From the NCBI GenBank assembly GCA_017560565.1, contig JAFZET010000200.1, positions 1 through 36,121 on the forward strand: a DNA stretch of 36,121 nucleotides, in the 5' to 3' direction. The DNA is from Clostridia bacterium. Lineage in GTDB: Bacteria > Bacillota > Clostridia > Oscillospirales > CAG-272. Of this stretch, positions 17,791 through 25,546 are shown one piece after another (within the stretch, counting starts at the first letter, position 1; the number at the start of each line of letters is the position of its first letter). Both the position numbers and the translations under genes were made by a program. A model generated the notes under the pieces. That model worked only from the letters and a program-made list of their open reading frames with translations, made no database searches and was not told the DNA's origin.

Positions 17791-18516
17791 ATGGCAGAAC
17801 TGACAATCTGTGACTATACCAGGGGGCTGCGGCATGGAATCCCCATTGCGCTGGGATATCTTTCCGTGTCCTTCAGCTTCGGCATTGCCGCCGTGTCCCA
17901 GGGACTGGACTGGTGGGTGGCGGTGCTTATTTCCATGACCAACCTGACCTCCGCCGGACAGGTGGCGGGACTGGGTATTATCACAGCCGGCGGTACTTTC
18001 CTCGAAATGGCACTGGCGCAGTTTATCATCAATCTGCGGTATGCGCTGATGAGTCTGTCCCTGTCCCAGAAGCTGTCGGCAAAATATGCCACCCTCCATC
18101 GGGCGATCACTGCATTTGCCATGACGGACGAGATCTTCGCCGTGGCGTCCGGGGAGCCCGGGGAAGTGCGGCCTGCCTATATGTACGGTCTTGCCACGCT
18201 GCCCTTTGCGGGCTGGAGTTTGGGTACGCTGCTTGGCGGGCTTGCGGGAACGCTGCTGCCGGAGCTGCTCTGCGCCGTACTGGGGCTTGCCATCTACGGA
18301 ATGTTCATCGCTATCATCATTCCGCCCGCCAGAGATTCCGTGGGGGTCTGTGCGGTGGTAGTCCTTGCGGCTGCCATGAGCTGTGCCCTGCGGTACATAC
18401 CGGCGTTTTCCGGCATCTCTTCCGGTTTTTCCATCATCATCTGTGCGGTGCTGGCTTCTGCTGCCGGTGCACTGGTGTTTCCCCGGAAAAAGCAGGGTGA
18501 GGAGGCGGAACAATGA
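17791..18516 (+). CDS. azlC: AzlC family branched-chain amino acid exporter subunit
   Basis: G.PIALGY..VSF.FG, SAGQ, INLRY.LMS, TDEIFAVA, W.LGT.LG; multiple TM helices. Confidence 0.9.
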   Translation: MAELTICDYTRGLRHGIPIALGYLSVSFSFGIAAVSQGLDWWVAVLISMTNLTSAGQVAGLGIITAGGTFLEMALAQFIINLRYALMSLSLSQKLSAKYATLHRAITAFAMTDEIFAVASGEPGEVRPAYMYGLATLPFAGWSLGTLLGGLAGTLLPELLCAVLGLAIYGMFIAIIIPPARDSVGVCAVVVLAAAMSCALRYIPAFSGISSGFSIIICAVLASAAGALVFPRKKQGEEAEQ

Positions 18517-18824
18517 GACTGCTTGGCTATATTGCAGTGATGGCACTGGTGACCTATGCCATCCGTGCGATTCCCTTTGTGCTGTTCCGGAAGAAGATCA
18601 ACTCCCGGTTTGTGCAGGATTTTCTGTACTACGTCCCCTATGCAGTGCTCTCCGCCATGACGATTCCCGCTGTGCTGTATGCCACGGATCATATAGTCTC
18701 GGCAGCGGTAGGGGCGGCGGTGGCGGTGGTTCTGGCATTCTTCCGCAGAGGGCTTCTGACGGTGGCTCTGTCTGCCTGCGGTGCGGCTCTGGCTGTGGAG
18801 CTTGTGATGCTGTATCTGCTGTGA
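18513..18824 (+). CDS. azlD: AzlD family exporter small subunit
   Basis: MALVTY.IR.IPF…FL.YVPYAVL.AM..P; ATGA overlap with azlC. Confidence 0.9.
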   Translation: MRLLGYIAVMALVTYAIRAIPFVLFRKKINSRFVQDFLYYVPYAVLSAMTIPAVLYATDHIVSAAVGAAVAVVLAFFRRGLLTVALSACGAALAVELVMLYLL

Positions 18825-18871
18825 TCCGCAGCCGTGTATGCTGTATAGGATATTATAATATGAAAGATTTT

Positions 18872-18913
18872 AACGCTCCCGGCAGGTTTTTCCCTGTGCG
18901 GGAGTTCTTTTTT
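18872..18913 (+). terminator. intrinsic terminator
   Basis: ctcccg.cagg…cctg.gcgggag hairpin followed by ttctttttt. Confidence 0.65.
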
Positions 18914-18952
18914 GTGGGAGTTGCTGAAATTGTATTTTCCCGGAAAAACCCC

Positions 18953-18981
18953 TTGAAATTTGCAGGTTAATCGGATAAAAT
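18953..18981 (+). promoter_or_regulatory. sigma-A promoter of the Na/Pi cotransporter gene
   Basis: TTGAAA-N17-TAAAAT. Confidence 0.6.
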
Positions 18982-19045
18982 ATACGTTGGCGAGATATGA
19001 AAGAAAAGAAGAAAAGAAGAAAAAGAAAGAAAAAGGAGAATTCAC

Positions 19046-20794
19046 ATGGACATTTTTGACGTCCTCACCATGATTGGCGGTCTATGTCTGTTCCTGTTCG
19101 GGATGAACATTATGGGGCAGGCGCTGGAACGCTGTGCAGGGAACCGTCTGCAGGGTCTGCTGGGCAAGCTGACGACCAATAAATTCCTCGGTATGCTGAC
19201 CGGTCTTGCTGTAACTGCCGTGATCCAGTCCTCCTCCGCCACCACCGTAATGGTAGTTGGTTTTGTAAACTCCAGTCTGATGACCCTGAAGCAGGCCATC
19301 AACGTAATCATGGGTGCCAACGTAGGTACCACCGTAACCGCATGGATACTGTCCCTGAGCGGTATCGAAGGCGATAATGTTTTTGTACAGCTTCTTAAGC
19401 CGACCTCTTTCACCCCCATTCTGGCTCTGATCGGTGTTGTGCTGTATATGTTCCTGAACAACAGCAAGCGCAAGGATCTGGGTCTGATTTTCCTGGGTTT
19501 TGCCACTTTGATGTTCGGTATGGATACCATGTCTGACGCTGTTTCCGGTCTGAAGGATGTTCCTGCTTTCCAGCAGCTGTTCATCATGTTCAAGAACCCC
19601 ATTCTGGGTGTGCTGGCCGGTGCGATTCTGACCGCTATCATTCAGTCTTCCTCAGCATCTGTCGGTATTCTGCAGGCACTGTCTGCAACCGGGCAGGTTT
19701 CCTATGGTGCCGCTATCCCGATTATCATGGGTCAGCACATCGGTACCTGTATCACTGCGATCCTGTCCTCCATCGGTACCAACAAGAACGCCAAGCGTGC
19801 CGCTCTGGTGCATCTGAGTTTCAATGTGATCAGTACGGTCGTATATATGACGGTCTTCATGATCGTGAAGATGGTTTTTGCCCCCGTGTTCCTGGATATG
19901 GCGGCTGACTATTTGGGTATCGCTGTAGCGCATTCTGTACTGAGCATTCTGTCCGTTGCCCTGCTTCTGCCCATGGCCGGTCTTCTGGAAAAGCTGGTCT
20001 GCAAGCTGGTACCCGATGCACCCGGCAAGGAACCGGAAAAGAAAGTGGAACTGGACGAACGTCTGCTGGCCACTCCCACCGTTGCTCTGGAACAGTGCCA
20101 CAATGTTGCCATGGATATGGCGCAGAGTGCCGCCGCAGCCCTGCTGTCCGGTGTACGTTCCCTGAGCAATTACAGCGATGAGCTGGCACAGTATGCCCGT
20201 GACCACGAAGAAAAATCCGATATTTATGAAGACGTGATCGGTACCTATCTGGTAAAGCTGAGTACCCATCAGATCAGTGACCGTGACAGCGCAGAAGCTA
20301 CCAAGCTTTTGAAGATCATCGGGGACTTTGAACGAATCTCCGACCACGGTGTGGATCTGGTGATCTCCGCAGAAGAACTGCGAAACAAGAAGCTGAACCT
20401 GTCTGAAGCTGCTATGAAAGAGCTTTCCGTGCTGAGCGAAGCCATTCAGGAGATCATGTCCCTGACCCTGCGTGCGTTCACGGACAACGATCTGGAAGCC
20501 GCACAGTCTGTGGAACCTCTGGAACAGGTTATCGATGGTCTGAAAGAAACCATGCGTACCCGTCACATGATCCGTCTCCAGCAGGGCGGATGCAGCATCG
20601 AAACCGGTTTTGCCTGGTCCGATATGCTGACCAACCTGGAAAGAACCTCTGACCACTGTTCCAACATTGCAGCCTGCATCATTGACGTGGCGCAGAACAA
20701 CATGAACCTGCACCAGTCTACCAGAGAAGTCAAGGCTGACAGCGAAGACTTCCGCAAGCAGTTCAATGCATACGCCAAGAAGTATCAGATCTGA
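19046..20794 (+). CDS. Na+/phosphate cotransporter family protein with C-terminal PhoU-like domains
   Basis: Two QSSS repeats, GANVGTT/GQHIGT, and two ERI.DH/ERT.DH PhoU-type motifs. Confidence 0.95.
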   Translation: MDIFDVLTMIGGLCLFLFGMNIMGQALERCAGNRLQGLLGKLTTNKFLGMLTGLAVTAVIQSSSATTVMVVGFVNSSLMTLKQAINVIMGANVGTTVTAWILSLSGIEGDNVFVQLLKPTSFTPILALIGVVLYMFLNNSKRKDLGLIFLGFATLMFGMDTMSDAVSGLKDVPAFQQLFIMFKNPILGVLAGAILTAIIQSSSASVGILQALSATGQVSYGAAIPIIMGQHIGTCITAILSSIGTNKNAKRAALVHLSFNVISTVVYMTVFMIVKMVFAPVFLDMAADYLGIAVAHSVLSILSVALLLPMAGLLEKLVCKLVPDAPGKEPEKKVELDERLLATPTVALEQCHNVAMDMAQSAAAALLSGVRSLSNYSDELAQYARDHEEKSDIYEDVIGTYLVKLSTHQISDRDSAEATKLLKIIGDFERISDHGVDLVISAEELRNKKLNLSEAAMKELSVLSEAIQEIMSLTLRAFTDNDLEAAQSVEPLEQVIDGLKETMRTRHMIRLQQGGCSIETGFAWSDMLTNLERTSDHCSNIAACIIDVAQNNMNLHQSTREVKADSEDFRKQFNAYAKKYQI

Positions 20795-20827
20795 CAAAGC
20801 AATAGCTGCTCCATACCGCAGGACGAT

Positions 20828-20872
20828 AAAAAAACGGCGATACTTGGTTTTCAAAACCAGGTATCGCCTTTT
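20828..20872. terminator. bidirectional intrinsic terminator
   Basis: ggcgatacttggttt-tc-aaaaccaggtatcgcc flanked by A and T tracts. Confidence 0.8.
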
Positions 20873-20906
20873 CGTTTCCCTGAACGCTTTTTTCTGTTTA
20901 TGCGGC

Positions 20907-22256
20907 TCACGGATGGTTGACCACACCCATGAACAGAACCACGCCGTCCGTTCCGGTGAGGGCAAAGAGGAAGGGTCTGTCCAGAATGAAGTCCATTTCA
21001 TCTTCCGGAGGTCTTGCGGCACCTGCCATCATCATAGCCACATACGAGGCAGCCGTCACCCCTTCTTCATCGATCATCACCCGTACAGCGTGCTTTGCCT
21101 GAGACAGGCAGACATTCTTCACATCTGTCAGCGGTGTGAAATCGGCTGTGGCGGGATCAAACACATCGGTGATCCCCATGGCTGCCAGCCCTTTCTGCAT
21201 TTCCGTATCCGAGGAGACATCAAACTTGGGAATATACTGATGGATCTTCAGCGTTTTCTGGTCTTCCCAGACATAAGTGGGATCCAGCAGGCTGTACAGA
21301 GCCTCTTCTGTCAGAACTGTGTCCATCTCCATCCCTTCGTCCGGCAGAATGAACCACATCTGTCCCCCCTCTTCCATCCGTCTGGAAATAGCACCGAAAT
21401 GCTCGCTCCAGTAGTAAACGCCGTAGGTATCCGTCTGTTTCATGAAGGTGCATTCCACATCTCCGGAGGAACTGTGAAAGATCCGCTCTTCGTTGTTGTC
21501 TGCCTGAAATTCTTTGTCCCATTTTCCACGGTAGTACACAGTGGACGCCAGTGCCAGAATGGTGGCAGGATCCATGGTCAGATTCTGTACATACCCTTCC
21601 AGCAGACCGCCGGTCTGTTCGTTCAGCCAGTCCTGCAGCATCTTATCATACGCAGGATCGCCCATGGTACCCTGATACGCGGATGCACGGTACACGGACG
21701 ACAGCTGTTCCAGCGGTTCCATACGATAGGTCACATTCCGGTTCAGCCAAAGGGAGGACGCCAGCACACTGGTCAGTGCTCCGTCATTGCAGTAATTGGC
21801 GTTCCAGAGACTGTCCGCACGGCGCCGGAGAGTGTCCATGGAATCCGCACCCAGCGCAGTCAGGATCTGTTCTCTGCCATTTCCGTCCGTCACTTCCGCC
21901 AGCATCCCCAGTGCCAGATATACATTCAGCGGAGAAAACAGTACATTGTCTTCCGCACCGGTCAGAAAAGCCCGGGCAGCCTGCTTTGTGAATACACCGG
22001 TACCCTCTGTGTAACCCTCCGGCTGATTCCGGCGTTCGGCTCTGTCCTGCCGCCACGCATCGTAAACCGATGAAAATCCTTCCGAATCAAAGATGCCGCT
22101 TTTCCCGTCCACATATTCCTGTTCGTTTGGATACGCTGCCATTTCCGGGTAAGCCGGTGCGATCAGAAGTACCGCCGCCTCTCCTCCCCCGCAGCCGGTC
22201 AGGGTCAGAACCCCTGCAAGGATCAGTGCCATCTTTTGTATCCATGTATTTTTCAT
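20907..22256 (-). CDS. serpin family serine protease inhibitor, lipoprotein
   Basis: Lipobox LTG-C; N.LFSP..VY.AL.ML, W..EQT.G, YY.G.W…F, FILPDEG, IPKF, MGITDVF…ADF, DEEG hinge, DRPFLF, LFMG.V..P. Confidence 0.95.
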   Translation of the reverse strand: MKNTWIQKMALILAGVLTLTGCGGGEAAVLLIAPAYPEMAAYPNEQEYVDGKSGIFDSEGFSSVYDAWRQDRAERRNQPEGYTEGTGVFTKQAARAFLTGAEDNVLFSPLNVYLALGMLAEVTDGNGREQILTALGADSMDTLRRRADSLWNANYCNDGALTSVLASSLWLNRNVTYRMEPLEQLSSVYRASAYQGTMGDPAYDKMLQDWLNEQTGGLLEGYVQNLTMDPATILALASTVYYRGKWDKEFQADNNEERIFHSSSGDVECTFMKQTDTYGVYYWSEHFGAISRRMEEGGQMWFILPDEGMEMDTVLTEEALYSLLDPTYVWEDQKTLKIHQYIPKFDVSSDTEMQKGLAAMGITDVFDPATADFTPLTDVKNVCLSQAKHAVRVMIDEEGVTAASYVAMMMAGAARPPEDEMDFILDRPFLFALTGTDGVVLFMGVVNHP

Positions 22257-22296
22257 ATCGTCTCCCTATGTTGATTTTGCATGAATCTTTATATTT

Positions 22297-22325
22297 ATTT
22301 TAACACATTTTAACAAAAACGTCAA
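22297..22325 (-). promoter_or_regulatory. sigma-A promoter of the serpin gene
   Basis: TTGACG-N17-TAAAAT with TG extension; contains the tandem repeat TGTTAAAAT-G-TGTTAAAAT. Confidence 0.65.
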
Positions 22326-22333
22326 TACCCAAC

Positions 22334-22362
22334 TTGACATCATGCCGTGTGTGTGTTACAAT
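22334..22362 (+). promoter_or_regulatory. sigma-A promoter of the SBP pair
   Basis: TTGACA-N17-TACAAT with TG extension. Confidence 0.75.
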
Positions 22363-22404
22363 ATTCTCATATTCTTAAATTATATTTATGATTGAGGTAT
22401 AATT

Positions 22405-23886
22405 ATGAAAAAACTGTTTGCCATGCTGCTCGCAGCGCTTCTTTTGGCATCTTCCCTGACCGCCTGCGGTGATGCGGGATCCGGTGAAACCACCCCCTCT
22501 GAAACCACCGCCGATACCGTACCCGTGGAAACCGAAACGGAAAAACTGAAGCCCGATCTGCCGGACAAAGATTTCGGCGGCTACGATTTCGCCATCCTTA
22601 CCAGAGGCCAGTTCAACTCCCACTGGTGCAGCAAGGATGCCTTTGCGGAAGAGTTGACCGGCGAACCCATCAACGACGCCGTGTACAACCGGAATGCATC
22701 TATTGGTGAAAAGTTCAACTTCACCATCAAGGAAGAGATCGGTACTTCCGAAGACCCCTCCTCCTTTGTAACCAAGGCAGTACAGGCAGGGGACGATATT
22801 TACGATATGCTGATGATCGGCGGTTCCGCATCCGGGAATCTGGCCACCAACAAAATGCTGCTGCCGCTGGACGAAATGCCCTATATGGATCTGACGAGAC
22901 CCTGGTATGACCAGAGTGCCAACGCTTCTCTGTCCATTGGGAACAAGCTGTACATGACCGCAGGCGACATGAACATCATGGACAACAACGCCACCTGGAT
23001 CGTTCTGTTCTCCAAGACGCTGGCAGAGGAACTGATTGACGAAAACGTATACGATCTGGCTTCCGAAGGTCGTTGGACTCTGGATAAGATGAAAGAATAT
23101 GCTTCCAATGCTTCTCTGGATATAAACGGTGACGGCAAGCAGGATGAATTTGACCGCTGGGGTCTGTCCGGCGAAGGCTTCAACACCATGGCATTTATCG
23201 AAGGCTGCGGCGGCAAGGCTTTTGCCAAGGATGAAAACGACATGCCCTACATTGCCATGGGTGACGAATCCTTCTACGATATGTTTCTGCTGGCACATTC
23301 CATCAACGGCGATGACAACGTATGTCTGCAGGTGGACGATTACAACACCAAGTATTCCGGTGATGCCATCTGGAATGAATGTATCAACAAGGCATTCATT
23401 GAAGACCGTACCCTGTTCATGTGTACCGGTCTGAACCGTGTATCCATGCTCCGTGAAATGGAGTCCGACTTCGGTCTGCTGCCCATCCCCAAGTACACCG
23501 ATGAACAGGAAGACTACCACTGTCTGGTCAGCATCTGGGCCTCCAATATGATCTCCGTACCGATCTCCGCCGGGGACACCGAACGGACCGGCATCATCAT
23601 CGAAGCCCTGTCCGCTGAATCCAAGTATACCCTGACTCCCGCATATTATGACATTACCCTGAAGACCAAGTCTGCCCGTGACGAAGAATCCTCCGCCATG
23701 CTGGATCTGATCTTTGAAGGTCGTGCCTTTGAACTGGGCAACCAGTACGGCTGGGGCGGTCTGTTTGACATTGCTGCCGCCCTGACCAAGTCCGGCGGTA
23801 CCGACCTGGCTTCTCAGCTCAACTCCAAGATCAAGTCTGCCGAAGCTGCCATGCAGAAGACTGTAGATGCATTCCTCGGCGAATAA
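22405..23886 (+). CDS. extracellular solute-binding lipoprotein, paralog 3
   Basis: Lipobox LTA-C; DFGGY.F.IL, TGE.INDAVYNRN, DINGDG, FGLLPIPK, YY..TLK.K..RDEES..MLDLI. Confidence 0.85.
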   Translation: MKKLFAMLLAALLLASSLTACGDAGSGETTPSETTADTVPVETETEKLKPDLPDKDFGGYDFAILTRGQFNSHWCSKDAFAEELTGEPINDAVYNRNASIGEKFNFTIKEEIGTSEDPSSFVTKAVQAGDDIYDMLMIGGSASGNLATNKMLLPLDEMPYMDLTRPWYDQSANASLSIGNKLYMTAGDMNIMDNNATWIVLFSKTLAEELIDENVYDLASEGRWTLDKMKEYASNASLDINGDGKQDEFDRWGLSGEGFNTMAFIEGCGGKAFAKDENDMPYIAMGDESFYDMFLLAHSINGDDNVCLQVDDYNTKYSGDAIWNECINKAFIEDRTLFMCTGLNRVSMLREMESDFGLLPIPKYTDEQEDYHCLVSIWASNMISVPISAGDTERTGIIIEALSAESKYTLTPAYYDITLKTKSARDEESSAMLDLIFEGRAFELGNQYGWGGLFDIAAALTKSGGTDLASQLNSKIKSAEAAMQKTVDAFLGE

Positions 23887-23935
23887 GCCCCTTTATCTCT
23901 GAACATTCAAAAACAGAACCGGAAGGGAGATTGTC

Positions 23936-25381
23936 ATGTATACTTTCAAACGTATCCTGTCCCTTATGCTTTCCCTGCTTCTCAGTACCTCCGTACTGCT
24001 TTCCTGTGCTGCCGACAAGACGGAAGAAGCACCCGATACAGATGCTTCTGCGCAGACAGAGAATACCCCTGCGGAAACCGGACCTGCGCTTCCCATGGAT
24101 GATTTGGGCGATGCCGATTTCGAAGGTGCCTCCTACATCATCGGCGGAACCGGTGCCCGTACCACCACAGCCATCACCTCTGCCGAACTGAACGGGGAGG
24201 TCATCAACGATGCACAGTACAACTCTGCCCGTGCCGTGGAGGAACGGTTCAATGTAAAGATCTCCTACGAAGACCTGGCGGTGGATGACGCCGGCACAAC
24301 TACAGTCATCAAAGGACTGGTTGCAGGCAATGACGATACCTACGCCGTCACCTTCAATGTGGATACCGATCAGATCACCCTTGCTCTGTCCGGACATTAC
24401 ATGAATCTGAAAGCTGTTCCCCAGTTCAATTTCGACAAGCCCTGGTGGATCGATTCCACCGATACCATTTCCCTTGGGGATAAGGCGTATGTTGCTTCTT
24501 CCTACCTGTCCTACTACTGTCTGTACTATATCCGTGTTCTCACCATGAACAAGGATATGGCGGCAGATCTGGGAATTGAGGTTCCCTATGAGCAGGTTTT
24601 TGAAGGCGACTGGTACCTTGATGACCTGATTGAGCTTGCCTCTCTGGCTGCCATTGACCTCAACGGGGACGGCACCATGACCGCAGACGACCAGTACGGG
24701 CTTACCTATGAAGTGCTGTACACCATGCAGAGCTCCATGGGTATCAAAATCATCGACAAGGATAAAGATAATATCCCCTTCCTCGCCTTTGATATAGACA
24801 GAGCCACTACATACCTTGAAAAGATCGAAAATCTGTGTGATAACTACGGTTTCTATGAAGTGGGATACGGCGCCAATATGTTTGCCAACAATAAGTCCCT
24901 GTTCTGCTACTGCAACCTCCGGGAAATCTGCAACATCATCCGTGACTCTGAAATCAGTTACGGCTATCTGCCTGCTCCCAAACTGGATGAACAGCAGGAG
25001 GATTATATGACCGTAGCCACCGACGTATACTGGGGCATTCCGGTATCCGTGGCAGGCAAAATGGATATGGTCGGTACCATTACCGAAGCTCTGAGCTGTC
25101 AGCATTTCAACAATGTCCGTCCTGCATTCTTTGAAACCACCATGAAGTCCAAGCTGGCCGGTGACGAAAACGACATGAAGGTTCTGGATCTGGTGGCAGA
25201 ACGGCTGAGCATCGACTTTGCTTTCGCATACCAGAAGAGCCTGGGTTCTGTGACCTCTCTGGACGACCTGTACCGTGACAACATCAAATCCGGCAATGTG
25301 GCTTCCAAATACGAAAGCTTCCGCAGTGCCATCGAACAGAAGCTTGTCACACTGGTGGAAACATTCCAGGATCTCCCGTAA
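23936..25381 (+). CDS. extracellular solute-binding lipoprotein, paralog 4
   Basis: Lipobox LLS-C; NGEVINDA.YN, DKPWW, DLNGDG, YGYLP.PK. Confidence 0.85.
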   Translation: MYTFKRILSLMLSLLLSTSVLLSCAADKTEEAPDTDASAQTENTPAETGPALPMDDLGDADFEGASYIIGGTGARTTTAITSAELNGEVINDAQYNSARAVEERFNVKISYEDLAVDDAGTTTVIKGLVAGNDDTYAVTFNVDTDQITLALSGHYMNLKAVPQFNFDKPWWIDSTDTISLGDKAYVASSYLSYYCLYYIRVLTMNKDMAADLGIEVPYEQVFEGDWYLDDLIELASLAAIDLNGDGTMTADDQYGLTYEVLYTMQSSMGIKIIDKDKDNIPFLAFDIDRATTYLEKIENLCDNYGFYEVGYGANMFANNKSLFCYCNLREICNIIRDSEISYGYLPAPKLDEQQEDYMTVATDVYWGIPVSVAGKMDMVGTITEALSCQHFNNVRPAFFETTMKSKLAGDENDMKVLDLVAERLSIDFAFAYQKSLGSVTSLDDLYRDNIKSGNVASKYESFRSAIEQKLVTLVETFQDLP

Positions 25382-25423
25382 GAAACGGTATATCAGGCAT
25401 ATTGCATTCTTTCCAGCGATCCG

Positions 25424-25453
25424 AAAGCCTCGACACACTGCCGGGGCTTTTTT
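25424..25453 (+). terminator. intrinsic terminator
   Basis: aaagcctcgaca-cac-tgccggggctttttt. Confidence 0.7.
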
Positions 25454-25464
25454 CTATGGTTCCC

Positions 25465-25493
25465 TTGCAGCGGAAGGGAAAATATGGTATACT
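25465..25493 (+). promoter_or_regulatory. sigma-A promoter of recD2-comF
   Basis: TTGCAG-N17-TATACT with TG extension. Confidence 0.65.
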
Positions 25494-25546
25494 ATAGAAT
25501 AATAATATACTGGGGAGGTATCCCCATTTTCCATAAAGGAGAGACC

